Origin: a bacterium
GTDB taxonomy: Bacteria; UBA8248
Assembly (NCBI GenBank): GCA_965204535.1
Contig: CBDBEV010000001.1
Coordinates: forward strand, 1,024,001-1,088,000
DNA length: 64,000 nucleotides
Direction of reading: 5' to 3'
Below, piece after piece: positions 30,973-42,779 of the stretch. The number at the start of each line of letters is the position of its first letter. Within the stretch, counting starts at the first letter, position 1. The notes beneath the pieces are model-generated. The model worked only from the letters and a program-made list of their open reading frames with translations, was not told the DNA's origin and ran no database searches. The position numbers and the translations under genes are program-made.

Positions 30973-31000
30973 TTGACATGGCCGTGAGAGGTGTTATATT
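30973..31000 (+). promoter_or_regulatory. Sigma70-like promoter lying between 21-bp inverted repeats
   Basis: TTGACA-N16-TATATT; IRs at 30824-30844 and 31002-31022. Confidence 0.5.
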
Positions 31001-31171
31001 TTCTGATAACAGTAATTATCGGACTCCAGAAAAGCCGTTTCGGTCGGAATCGACCGCCGACGTCATCCCTGCGCGGTTATATATGCGGATGACGGCCCTT
31101 CATGTATCGCCGAACCCCGGAATGACAATGGAAAGCCGCACCTGCGGGTCGTTGCGATTTACGTGGTTTCT

Positions 31172-31230
31172 GTAGGGACAGGCCCCCGTGCCTGTTCCCG
31201 CCAGGGACAACCACGGGGGGTTGTCCCTGC
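31172..31230. repeat. GTAG-type REPIN
   Basis: GTAGGGACAGGCCCCCGTGCCTGT...GGGACAACCACGGGGGGTTGTCCC. Confidence 0.75.
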
Positions 31231-31398
31231 AATCCCACATTCTTCAAGCAGCAAACCGCAATCGCTCCCTCATCGGTCGCGTTCGACCTGCGCGCCTGCG
31301 AACGCCGTATTGCTGCAGTCGTGTCGAATGGAAAGTCGGTTCAGTATGGACTTGAGCGCCTGCTCATCCGGGCGGTGGTTGTTTGTTTCACGTCGCCG

Positions 31399-31417
31399 TG
31401 CTATCATAATGATGGCA
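31399..31417 (+). promoter_or_regulatory. TA operator palindrome
   Basis: TGCTATCA-N3-TGATGGCA; half-site matches the FitAB operator half-site TGCTATCA. Confidence 0.6.
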
Positions 31418-31452
31418 TTTCTTTCTGAGGAAAAAAGAAAAAGGAGAATGCG

Positions 31453-31713
31453 ATGGCGACGCTCAATGTGCGGCAACTCGACGACGACGTAGTTCGGCGC
31501 CTCAAGCGGCGCGCCGCCGCCAACAACCGTTCCCTGGAAGGCGAGGTGCGCCACATTCTCGAAAACGCGGTCGAAGATGACATGGCAGCGAAACGCGCAT
31601 CCTTCCCGGCTTTGGCCGCACGGTTGCAGCGGGAGACCGAAGGCCGCGCACAAACGCCTTCGGAGGTCCTGATTCGCGAAGATCGCGAACGCGGACATCG
31701 CGTCATCCAATGA
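31453..31713 (+). CDS. FitA-like ribbon-helix-helix antitoxin
   Basis: MATLNVRQLDD...AAANNRSLEGEVRHIL. Confidence 0.88.
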   Translation: MATLNVRQLDDDVVRRLKRRAAANNRSLEGEVRHILENAVEDDMAAKRASFPALAARLQRETEGRAQTPSEVLIREDRERGHRVIQ

Positions 31714-32141
31714 GTCTGGTGGTCGACGCCAGCGTTGCGGTCAAATGGCTGGTCGCGGAAGAGGATTCGGGATCGGCGAATCGATTGGCGGCGGGCGCCG
31801 AGGATTTGCACGCACCGCGCCTGATGGCCTCGGAGGTGGCCAACACGCTTTGGCGCAAGGCCCGGAGCGGCGAGATAGAACGCGACCGCGCCGGCGTATT
31901 GATGGCCGCTTTAACGGAGATGCCCGTTCGCTGGAACGTCGACGAAACGCTTTGCGCGGACGCGGTTCGTCTCGCGCTGGCGCTCGACAGGCCGGTTTAC
32001 GATTGCGTCTACCTGGCGCTGGCGCATCGTGTCGGCGCGCAGGTGATTACGGCGGATGTGCGTTTCGCGAATGCGCTGGCAAGGACCGAACACGGCGGCT
32101 CGGTGGTGACGCTGACGGATTATGTGGAAGAACATCTCTGA
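31710..32141 (+). CDS. vapC: VapC/PIN-domain toxin
   Basis: LVVDASVAVKW, EVAN, YDCVYLALA and ITAD motifs. Confidence 0.9.
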   Translation: MSLVVDASVAVKWLVAEEDSGSANRLAAGAEDLHAPRLMASEVANTLWRKARSGEIERDRAGVLMAALTEMPVRWNVDETLCADAVRLALALDRPVYDCVYLALAHRVGAQVITADVRFANALARTEHGGSVVTLTDYVEEHL

Positions 32142-32272
32142 CATGGAATACGCGGGCGGCGACGCGGGTTCATCCGTTTTTCGTCTTTGTCCTTCATTCC
32201 AGGATGATTCGCCGGGATTCCGCAGGGGTCGTTCGCGAAGGACCCCTGCGGGTTCGGTGCGAAACGCGGGAC

Positions 32273-33075
32273 GTAGAGACAGGCCCCCGCGCCTGTCCTC
32301 GCCAGGGACAACCACGGGAATAGATGTCTTCTATACGGGCGGCCACGGGGTCAGACATATATGTCTGACCCCTACTGGAAAGGCAACCCCCCCTACCCCC
32401 CCTTGTCAGGGGGGTAAGAAAAGGCGACGCCCGCCAACGAGGGGGTGAAAGAAAAACCCCCCTGCGTTGGTTCTTCCTTCATCAGTCAGCAATGACCCCC
32501 AAGGTATTTCACTCCCCCCTTGAGGGTCATCCCTTCACGCGCGAGATATGCAATCAACTCCCCCTCAAGGGTCTGTTGAAAAATTCATACTTTCGTGATT
32601 CGGCGAATTTTGCCGACCGGGGAGAAGAGAAATTCACTCCCCCCTTGAGGGGGAGTCAACGAGACAAGGGCGAAGCCCGCAGGCGAGTTGGTGGGGGGAG
32701 TTTTTTCGGTGGCATGTCCCCCCACCGAGTCAGCCTTCGCACAAACCGCTCGGCCTCTGTCGGGCTTTCCCCTCGGGAAGCCCGACCCCCTCAAGGGGGG
32801 AGTTGATCTTGCTCCCTCATTGGTCGCATCAAACTCTCGTTCAGCGGGGCTTTTTCAGAGAGTAGAGGGGACGCTCTCCTATCGATCGGAAAAGCAACCC
32901 CCCCTACCCCCCCTTATCAGGGGGGTAAGAAAAAACAAAACCCCCTATCGGCGGCGGGCGTCGCCTTTTCATACCCCTTCGTCAAGGGGGAAAGAAAAAG
33001 CAAAGCCCCCTCAGCTCGGCGGGGGCGCATTGCCTTTTTATACCCCCCTGTCAAGGGGGGGTAGGGGGGGTTGGT
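32273..33075. repeat. Composite REP/REPIN mosaic, copy B
   Basis: Same modules and order as 26806-27540; 32384-32526 is near-identical to 27036-27177. Confidence 0.85.
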
Positions 33076-33232
33076 TTTCGAGTCGAAGGCGAGCGGATGG
33101 TATGGCGGATTACGTGGCGGTTCCCCTTTCTAGCACGCCGGCGGCCACAAACCCTCATCCCGAGTAGGCGCGCTTGCGCGCCGTATCGAGGGACGCTGCC
33201 GTGGACAGGTCGCCTGCCACCCGCCTCTCCTC

Positions 33233-34057
33233 TTATAAGGGCGGGGCGGTCGCCTTGATGGTGACGGGGGCGTTCTGGAAGGTTTTCACGAACCTCGTCG
33301 TGTTCTCGGCGATGGCCTCGAAGATTTTCTCCCCCTTCTCCGCAGACGCCAGGGTGGCCGCGCCGCCCACTCCCATCGCTTCGCGGTTCCGCCCGTATTC
33401 CTCGGTCGTCGGCGGAAAGGAGAGTTTCGGGTTCTCGACGCGGTTGACGGCGTGGTCCACGGACACGAAGCGGTGCTCGAATTCGCCCACCTCGGGGACG
33501 GCGTCCACCGCGCGTTCCATCCGCACCTGATCGCCGTACTTATAAAGCATGAAGGAGGTCTCGGATTCGCACCCGTGGCCCACGCCGCCCGGGGGACTCT
33601 CGCAAACGTCGCGAATCTCCTTGCCGGCGATGAGCGCGAGGTCCACGATGGCGACCGCCGCGCCCGTCACGTTCCTGACCCGCACGATCGCAATCTCGAG
33701 CGGCGGGAGGTTCGCGACCCGGTGCCCGTTCAGGATCACGATGTGCCGGAAGCCGTGAACTACGAGGCTGTTGCACACGTCCTCGACGACGCGCGTGAGC
33801 GTCTCCGCTGCGAGCGATATCGTCCCCGGGAACGCGAGGTGATGGGGCGACCAGCCGAACCACAGGGGCGCGGCGACCAGCGCGTCCGCCCGCTCGGCCA
33901 CCTCTTCTGCGGTCGCGATGGCCTCGGCCGCATCCGTTCCGATGGGGCAGTGCGGCCCGTGCTGCTCCGTGGCGCCGACGGGCACGAGCGCCGTGTCCCC
34001 GCGCTCGAGGTATTCCGCCACGTCCGGCCAGGTGAGTTCCTGTATCCAGCGGCTCAT
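33233..34057 (-). CDS. Creatininase-family amidohydrolase
   Basis: PVGATEQHGPH, NGH and HGCESETS motifs. Confidence 0.9.
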   Translation of the reverse strand: MSRWIQELTWPDVAEYLERGDTALVPVGATEQHGPHCPIGTDAAEAIATAEEVAERADALVAAPLWFGWSPHHLAFPGTISLAAETLTRVVEDVCNSLVVHGFRHIVILNGHRVANLPPLEIAIVRVRNVTGAAVAIVDLALIAGKEIRDVCESPPGGVGHGCESETSFMLYKYGDQVRMERAVDAVPEVGEFEHRFVSVDHAVNRVENPKLSFPPTTEEYGRNREAMGVGGAATLASAEKGEKIFEAIAENTTRFVKTFQNAPVTIKATAPPL

Positions 34058-34183
34058 GAATCATTCCTCCCTGTTTTCCCGAGACGACCCTGTGGGGGCT
34101 GTTGATTCACCCCCTGAAAGGGTAATGGCAACCTCCCTGAAAGGGAAGCCCCATAAAAGCAACCCCCCCTACCCCCCCTTGTC

Positions 34184-35694
34184 GGGCCTGTTGAAAAACC
34201 CCTGGTTTTGTGATCGTATGGATGTATCCCCCCTCGCCCGAGATGGGAGATTCCCCGATGTTGGACCGCAAGAGGCGCGGGCAGATGGAATTGTTCGTGG
34301 CCGGTTCGCTGGAGCAGTTGATTCCCGAAGATTACATATTGTTCCGGGTGAACCGCGTACTGGATTTGAGCTGGCTTCGCGAGGAAGTGGCGGGGTGCTA
34401 TTGCGCGGACAACGGTCGACCGGGGATCGACCCGGAAGTGGTGGTGCGGTTGATGCTGGCGGGCCTGCTGCTGGGCCACGTTCACGACCGGCATCTGCTT
34501 CGCGAGGCGCAGGTGAACCTGGCGATCCGGTGGTTCATCGGTTACGAGCTGCACGAGGAGTTGCCGGATCATTCGAGCCTGACGCGGATTCGCCAGCGGT
34601 GGGGGGAGGCGCGCTTCAAGGAGATATTGCGCCGCACGGTTCAGGCGTGCCTGGAGGCGCAGGTGGCGAAGGGGGAAGTGGTTCACATGGACGCGTCTTT
34701 GATACGTGCGGACGTGAGTTGGGAGAGTCTGGCGGCGCGCCACGCGGAGAAGGTGGTGCGGGAGAACGACTCGGCGGATGAGGCGGGGAAGAAGGGCGGG
34801 GGTTCGGGTCCGGTGAGCCGAACGGACCCCGACGCGCGCCTGGCGCGCAAGAGCGCTCGGGCGGGGTTCGAGCCGAGCTACAAGCACCACGCGGTGGTGG
34901 ACGATGAGCGTGGGGTGGTTCTCGACGTAGAGGTGACGGAGGGGACGTTGAACGAGCGGGAGATGATGGAGCCGCAGTTGGATGCGGTTTGCGAGCTCAC
35001 GGGTCGCGCGCCCGCGGTGGTGACGGCGGATTCGGGCTATGCGTACTCGAAGGTGTATGCGGGATTGGAGCGGCGTGGCGTCGCCGCGCTGATACCGGCG
35101 AAGAAGGAGCCTTCCCAGAGCCGTGTTCCGCTGCAGTTGTTCCGCTACGACGAGCGGCACAAGGTGGTGAAGTGTCCGGGCGGCAAGACGCTGCGTCCCC
35201 GGAAGGAGACGGAGCGGGGGCGCTACTATGGTTCGAGGACGCGCGATTGCGCGGGCTGCGCGCTGAGGTCGGATTGTCTGCCCAAGTCGCACACGAGCAG
35301 GACGGTGCTGATTCCGCATGAATATCCGGCGCTGTTGCGCGCGCGCCGGCGGCACGCGCGCCGGGGGGAGGAGGAGGGCCGGCTGTGGCGCCGCCACATG
35401 TCGCGTTCGGAGGGCTACCACGGCGAGGCGAAGAGTCGGCACGGACTGGCGCGGGCGGTGCGCCGGGGCCTTGCGAACATGAGGATCCAGGCCTACCTGA
35501 CGGCGACTGCGGTGAACCTCAAGCGGCTCGCCGCCGCTTTTGCGGCGGATATATTCGCTCTGTGGAGGGCCTGCGCCGCCCGGAGACGCCGTCTGCGCGT
35601 TCCTCGCGGCCTCACGCGCCGATTGGGCTTCCTCTCCCAAGCCGCGGTGAGCCGCCATACCTCCCGCTTCAAAACGGGGTTTTTCAACAGCCCC
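34184..35694 (+). mobile_element. IS1182-family insertion sequence (1511 bp)
   Basis: 17-bp TIRs GGG(C/G)CTGTTGAAAAACC with 1 mismatch; 5-bp TSD TTGTC at 34179-34183 and 35695-35699. Confidence 0.92.
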
Positions 35695-35766
35695 TTGTCA
35701 GGGGGGTATAAAGAGGCGATGCGCTCCGCCGGGTTGAGGGGGGGGTGCTTTTTCTTACCCCCCTGA
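34258..35766 (+). CDS. IS1182-family DDE transposase (frame runs through the right TIR)
   Basis: GRPGIDP, LPDHSSLTRIR, DASLI, TDPDAR, ADSGY, Cys-rich insert and AVNLKRL. Confidence 0.92.
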   Translation: MLDRKRRGQMELFVAGSLEQLIPEDYILFRVNRVLDLSWLREEVAGCYCADNGRPGIDPEVVVRLMLAGLLLGHVHDRHLLREAQVNLAIRWFIGYELHEELPDHSSLTRIRQRWGEARFKEILRRTVQACLEAQVAKGEVVHMDASLIRADVSWESLAARHAEKVVRENDSADEAGKKGGGSGPVSRTDPDARLARKSARAGFEPSYKHHAVVDDERGVVLDVEVTEGTLNEREMMEPQLDAVCELTGRAPAVVTADSGYAYSKVYAGLERRGVAALIPAKKEPSQSRVPLQLFRYDERHKVVKCPGGKTLRPRKETERGRYYGSRTRDCAGCALRSDCLPKSHTSRTVLIPHEYPALLRARRRHARRGEEEGRLWRRHMSRSEGYHGEAKSRHGLARAVRRGLANMRIQAYLTATAVNLKRLAAAFAADIFALWRACAARRRRLRVPRGLTRRLGFLSQAAVSRHTSRFKTGFFNSPLSGGYKEAMRSAGLRGGCFFLPP

Positions 35767-35790
35767 CAAGGGGGGGTAGGGGGGGTTGCC
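35756..35790. repeat. Partner REP of the doublet interrupted by the IS
   Basis: TACCCCCCTGACAAGGGGGGGTAGGGGGGGTT is the reverse complement of the target REP. Confidence 0.75.
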
Positions 35791-36026
35791 TTTGTCCTCT
35801 GACGAGGGGGGGTTGCTTTTCGACGAGGGAGGTCGGGGGGTTCGCGCGAAAGCGGCTTTCCCGCTAAAGGCAATGCCTCCCGACGATGATTTTTTCGACA
35901 ACCCCGCATTGGGTGCGCGATTGCACTTCGATACGCGGCTCCGCCGCTACTCAGGATGAGGGGTGTCGGGGAACGGCGGAGCCTGCCCCGAGCGAAGTTG
36001 AGGGGCCGCTACTCAGGATGAGGGAG

Positions 36027-36494
36027 CTACGCTTCGGGCTCCACCCAGCCCGACCAGCTGCGCCTCAAGGCCTCGCATTCGGCCACCCGCACCCCGGTGA
36101 CGAGGTTGACGGATTGATTCCCCATCTCCAGGAGTTTCTCGACGGAGTAGTCCCCGTAGTCGGTTCGGCCCATCTCGGCGTGGCGCGCGCCCAGGACGAG
36201 CGTTTCGATGTTCGCCAGGACGATCGCCCAGCAGCACATCGGGCAGGGCTCCATCGACGTGTAGAGCGTGGCGCCGGAGAGGTCGGGCGTGCCCAATGCG
36301 CTGCATGCGTTTCGGATGGCGTCGGTCTCGCCGTGGCAGGTGGGGTCGAAGTGGGAGATGACGCGGTTCTGCCCCCTGCCGATGATTTCGCCGTCCCTGA
36401 CGATGATGGAGCCGACGGGGGAGTTCCCCGCCTCAAGCGCAAGACGCGACTCCTCAAGCGTCAATCCCATGAAATGGTGATGGTCTTCGGCCAT
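36027..36494 (-). CDS. Nucleoside/guanine deaminase family protein (TadA-like fold)
   Basis: HGE...PCPMC zinc motif. Confidence 0.9.
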   Translation of the reverse strand: MAEDHHHFMGLTLEESRLALEAGNSPVGSIIVRDGEIIGRGQNRVISHFDPTCHGETDAIRNACSALGTPDLSGATLYTSMEPCPMCCWAIVLANIETLVLGARHAEMGRTDYGDYSVEKLLEMGNQSVNLVTGVRVAECEALRRSWSGWVEPEA

Positions 36495-36960
36495 TGTAAT
36501 CCCTCCAGGCTCAACTCGGATGAAAGGCGCGGCGTCCGGGCGCGCCCGCCGTTTGCCGGTGGATGCTCCCTCATGCGTAATCGCCCCAGGATACCCGCCC
36601 GGAAATTCAGGCGCTCTTCCGGCCCTGGCGCAAGCGCCATGAGACTTGGAACCTATTTTCCCACCAATCGGCGAATGATGCGAACGGGCGCGGTCGTCAT
36701 CCGGGAGGAATCGCTCCTGCATCGGTCGCGTCGAATCCTCATTCATCAATCGGGTTCGACCCCTCATCGGTCGGGGTTGATCACGCAATTTCCCGCATTT
36801 GCCCGTGGCGGCGGGGTTTCCGGTCGGGTATGGTGGCGGTGCGCGAAAAACGTTTCCCCGAAAAACGAATTGCTGAAAAATAGTGAAAAATTCGATAAAT
36901 TCACGATGTTTTCGTGAAAATAAGTGAAAATTTATCCATTTGATTTATTTGAGGTTATAC

Positions 36961-37428
36961 GTGAAACGGAGGGTTTTCGGGGGTCTCGCCGCCTGCACCT
37001 TGCTCCTCGCCTGGGGCCTGCTCGCGCCCTCATCCGCCGCCGCCCAGACCTTCGAGCGCGGTGTGGTGCGCATCACCCAGAACGGGCGCGAGGCGACGCT
37101 TTCGGTCGAAATCGCCAATAGTTCCAAAGCCCAAGCGCAGGGCCTCATGGGCCGGGAGCAACTGAATGAGAACGCCGGGATGCTCTTCGTCTACGAGGAT
37201 GATGCGCAGCGGTTTTTCTGGATGAAGAACACGCGGATTCCGCTTTCGCTCGCCTTCATCGACAAGAGCGGAGAGGTGCTGGAAATCATACACTTACAGC
37301 CCCACAAGCCGGGGACGCGGATTCCCTCCTATCGTTCGCGCCACAAGGTCCGCCAAGTGCTGGAGGTGAACCAGGGCTGGTTCCTGAGGAACGGCTTCGG
37401 GCTGGGTGCGCGCGTATCGCTGGAGTGA
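36961..37428 (+). CDS. DUF192-family exported protein
   Basis: GLMGR, GMLFVY, FWMKNTRIPL and VLEVNQG motifs. Confidence 0.9.
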   Translation: MKRRVFGGLAACTLLLAWGLLAPSSAAAQTFERGVVRITQNGREATLSVEIANSSKAQAQGLMGREQLNENAGMLFVYEDDAQRFFWMKNTRIPLSLAFIDKSGEVLEIIHLQPHKPGTRIPSYRSRHKVRQVLEVNQGWFLRNGFGLGARVSLE

Positions 37429-37435
37429 ACGAGAG

Positions 37436-38494
37436 CTAGGCTCTCGCCGCCTCGGGCGCTTTCTCGCCCAGGGGCAGGAGGGGCATGACCTGCGCGGCGA
37501 AGCGCTCCATCTCCTCGAACATGGGATGGAACTGGAGCAGGAACAACTCCACGCCCGCCTCGTGAAACGCCATGATGCGCTCGGCGATGGTCTCAGGCGA
37601 GCCGACGAGGCCCGTCGCCGCCCCGCCGTTCGAGCCCACGCCGCCCCCTTTCGCGCTCGTTTTCTTGTGCTGGGCGGCCTTGTCGACGCCCTTGAGCCTG
37701 GGCGTTTCGGTGATGAGCGAGAACAGGCGCGCGAGTTCCGCCTCGGCCTCCTCGTCGGTGTCGCGGCAGACGATGAACGAACTCATCCCGTGGCGGATGG
37801 ATCTACCGTTCAGTTGTGCTTCATGGTTCACGGCGGCCATCAGCTCCCGCGCGTCCGCGAGCGGGCGGCCGTTGAACAGGAAAACGTCCGCCGCCTTGCC
37901 GGCCAGCCTCACGGCGGCGGTCGATTCGCCCCCGAAGTAAAACGTGGGCCAGGGCTTTCGGACGGGCTTGGGCGCGGTGACGCCGTCGGTTATCCGGAAA
38001 TACCTGCCCTTGAAGCTGAAGCGCTCCTTCGTCCAGTAGGATTTGAGGATGTGCATGACCTCTTCGGACAGGTCGTAGCGCTCGTCGTGCGGCGGGAAGG
38101 GGATGCCCGCCATCTCGTTTTCCTGCGCCCACCAGCCCGAGACGATGTTGATGGCGAAGCGCCCCCCGCTGATGCAGTCGATGTTCGCCCCCATCTGGGC
38201 GACGAGCGAGGGGTGGCGGTAGGCGCTCTTGGCGGCGATGATGAGTTCGATCTTCTTCGTGATGGGCGCCAGCGCCGCCGCCGTTATCCAGGCTTCGAGA
38301 ACGGGCGCGCCCACGCCCTTGATGCTGTTGAGGCTCCTGTCGAGCAGCAGGGTGCTCTCGAAACCCAGTTCTTCCGCGCGCTGGATATAGCGCGCATTGT
38401 GGGCGAAAGAGGCCTCTTTCACCGTCTCGGGTTTTTCGATCCGCCCCAGAAACGTGCCCCACACGGGCGCCCACACCCCCATTCTCAGCGTCAT
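37436..38494 (-). CDS. LLM-class flavin-dependent monooxygenase (SfnG/SsuD-like)
   Basis: AEELGFE, GGRFAINIVSGW and GLVGSPETIAERI motifs. Confidence 0.88.
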   Translation of the reverse strand: MTLRMGVWAPVWGTFLGRIEKPETVKEASFAHNARYIQRAEELGFESTLLLDRSLNSIKGVGAPVLEAWITAAALAPITKKIELIIAAKSAYRHPSLVAQMGANIDCISGGRFAINIVSGWWAQENEMAGIPFPPHDERYDLSEEVMHILKSYWTKERFSFKGRYFRITDGVTAPKPVRKPWPTFYFGGESTAAVRLAGKAADVFLFNGRPLADARELMAAVNHEAQLNGRSIRHGMSSFIVCRDTDEEAEAELARLFSLITETPRLKGVDKAAQHKKTSAKGGGVGSNGGAATGLVGSPETIAERIMAFHEAGVELFLLQFHPMFEEMERFAAQVMPLLPLGEKAPEAARA

Positions 38495-38577
38495 GACGGC
38501 TCCTGTCGACTCGGTCCGATAGGGGAATTTATCATCAATCCCGCCCGGAAGTCTTGTGGTGGTTGTCGAGTCACAGC

Positions 38578-38613
38578 AAAAACCCCGCCCGGGCGTCGGC
38601 CCGAGCGGGGTTT
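38578..38613 (-). terminator. Intrinsic terminator after thiC
   Basis: AACCCCGC/GCGGGGTT stem with flanking A/T runs. Confidence 0.7.
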
Positions 38614-38640
38614 CATGCAGCGCGGTCGTTATTGTTCGGC

Positions 38641-40629
<1,989 letters not shown>

Positions 40630-40865
40630 TCAAAGACTATCAGTCGTTACGCCGGGAGTCAAAAGGAAAAGCGGACGAGATGGGCGATTTTATCGAGGTT
40701 TCCGGTGGCGGGGCGGAAGTTTTGTTGTCATGATAGCGGCTCGATGATTCGGATGTTTTTGGAATTACCTGGGCCGGGCCGTGACATCGGGAGTCTTTTC
40801 ATGCGGATACCGTTCTTTTCCAGGCGGTTGACGGCGCATTGGAGAAACGCTCGACAGATCGGGCG

Positions 40866-42779
40866 ATGGATGAGACAGGACGAATGGGGTCGCTCGTGAA
40901 ATGGGGTTGGGCCTGCGCCATCGCCGGAATCGCGTTTTTCATCTTCGCGGGCACGTTTACGAACCCGTTTCTGCACGACGACATCGCCATCATCGGCGAG
41001 AACCCCCTGGTTCGCGAGAGCGGCCGCATTCTGGAAGCCTTTCAGCGCGACTACTGGGCGGTGATAGAGACGAACGAAAGAAGAGACCGCCTCTACCGGC
41101 CCCTCACCATCGTGTCTTTCGCGCTGAACCACACGCTCGGCGGCCTGAACCCGCTCGGCTACAGAATCGCCAACGCCTTGTTTCACGCCCTCGCCTCGCT
41201 CGCTCTGTTCTGGCTGTGCGTACGTTTCGGGCTTTCGCGCGGTGCGGCGGGAGCCGTCGCCCTGCTGTTCGCCCTTCATCCGGTGCATACCGAGGCGGTG
41301 AACGCCGTCGTCGCGCGCGCCGACCTGTTGGCCGCCGCCGGCGTGTTCGGGGGATTGGGCCTTCTGATGGGCGTCGCGCTTCCGGGGGCGAAACCAGGCG
41401 TTGCGGAGGAGAACCACGAGAGGGGAGGCGAAGGAGGCCTCTCTTATCGAGGAGTGCTCGCGCCCGTCGGCCTCACGTGCGCGCTTTGCCTTTTTGCGCT
41501 TTTGTCCAAGGAAATCGGCGTCGCCCTGCTGTTCAGCGCCCTTTTGTGGTGGCTCTGGAGCCGCTGTGTATTTGGAAAGACCGAGCGCCCGCCTCTCAGG
41601 CACACGCTCACCGCCGTCTGCGCGCTCGTCCTCGTGCTCATCATCTACGTGTGGATGCGATACGCCGCACTGGGCATGCTGGCGCGCCCCTATCCTCCGT
41701 CGAAACTCGACAACGTCCTGGCGCTGATGCCGCTTGGGGAACGGATCTTCGGCGCGGTCGGCGTCCTGGGCCGCTATTTCAAGCTCCTGGTCTGGCCGTG
41801 GCCTTTGAGCATGGATTATTCCTTCGCGCAGATTCCGGTGGAAGGAGCGGAAGCGGCGCTCTGGGCGGCGGCGGGGGCCTTGGGATTTCTGGCGTGGGGC
41901 TACGCCTCCTGGCGTCTGAGGAAAGACATGCCGTGGATCGCCTTCGGGCTCGTCGTTTTTATCGGCGCGTATCTGCCCGTGAGCAACCTGCTGATCCCCA
42001 TGGGCACCATCATGGCGGAGCGGGTGCTGTATATCCCCTCGGCCGGCTTTCTGATCGCCCTCGTTCCCGCGGCGGGCGTCTGGCTCAACCAAAAGGACTG
42101 GCGGGTCGGCGCGGCGCTGCTCGTAGCCGCTTGCCTGACCTTCGGGGCGCTGACGCTCAAGCGAAACCACGAGTGGGGCGATGCGCTTCGTTTCTGGCGG
42201 CGAACGGCGGAGGTGTCGCCCCAAAGCGCGCGTGCGCTCAGAGTGTACGGGCAGGCCCTGATCGACCGGAACAGGTTCCGCGAAGCGATAGCGCCGCTCA
42301 AGAAATCCGTGGAGATATATCCCGTCTACGATTACGCCTGGGTGGATTTGGGGATAGCGCAGATGCAAAGCGGAGAGGCGGCCGCCGCCGAAACTTCCTT
42401 GAAGCGCGCCCTGCGGCTGAACGATGAGAACGCCGAGGCGCACCTGGCCCTGGGTGTGCTGTATATGGGCGCCGGGCGCGGCGATCTGGCCAGACCCCGT
42501 TTCGAGCGCGCGATAAGCCTCAAACCCTCGCTGGTGGAGGCGCGATTCAACCTGGGGACTTTATATCTCAAGGCGGGCTCGAGGCGCCTGGCGATAGCGC
42601 AGTTCAGGGCGGCCCTCAGGCTGGAGCCGGGCCACGGGGGCGTCCATCACAATCTGGCGCTGGCCCTGTACCTGGAGGGCGATCGCACGGGCGCGCGAAA
42701 ACACGCGAGAGAGGCCGGCAGGTTCGGCTCGCCGCTTCACCCGAAAATGCTGAGAGAGTTGGGCCTCGCCGGGCCTTGA
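40866..42779 (+). CDS. TMTC-like GT-C membrane glycosyltransferase with C-terminal TPRs (start uncertain)
   Basis: HDD, YRPLT, LFALHPVHTEAV, KE and AERVLYIPS motifs followed by TPRs. Confidence 0.8.
   Translation: MDETGRMGSLVKWGWACAIAGIAFFIFAGTFTNPFLHDDIAIIGENPLVRESGRILEAFQRDYWAVIETNERRDRLYRPLTIVSFALNHTLGGLNPLGYRIANALFHALASLALFWLCVRFGLSRGAAGAVALLFALHPVHTEAVNAVVARADLLAAAGVFGGLGLLMGVALPGAKPGVAEENHERGGEGGLSYRGVLAPVGLTCALCLFALLSKEIGVALLFSALLWWLWSRCVFGKTERPPLRHTLTAVCALVLVLIIYVWMRYAALGMLARPYPPSKLDNVLALMPLGERIFGAVGVLGRYFKLLVWPWPLSMDYSFAQIPVEGAEAALWAAAGALGFLAWGYASWRLRKDMPWIAFGLVVFIGAYLPVSNLLIPMGTIMAERVLYIPSAGFLIALVPAAGVWLNQKDWRVGAALLVAACLTFGALTLKRNHEWGDALRFWRRTAEVSPQSARALRVYGQALIDRNRFREAIAPLKKSVEIYPVYDYAWVDLGIAQMQSGEAAAAETSLKRALRLNDENAEAHLALGVLYMGAGRGDLARPRFERAISLKPSLVEARFNLGTLYLKAGSRRLAIAQFRAALRLEPGHGGVHHNLALALYLEGDRTGARKHAREAGRFGSPLHPKMLRELGLAGP

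Noticed and set aside
26806-35905. 9-kb composite transposon bounded by GGG(A/G)TTGTCGAAAAA inverted ends
   Set aside because: No target-site duplication, and such ends are frequent in the window, so the pairing may be chance.
36027-36494. tadA call
   Set aside because: The zinc motif is present, but HGE/PCPMC with a short C-terminus fits generic nucleoside/guanine deaminases equally well.
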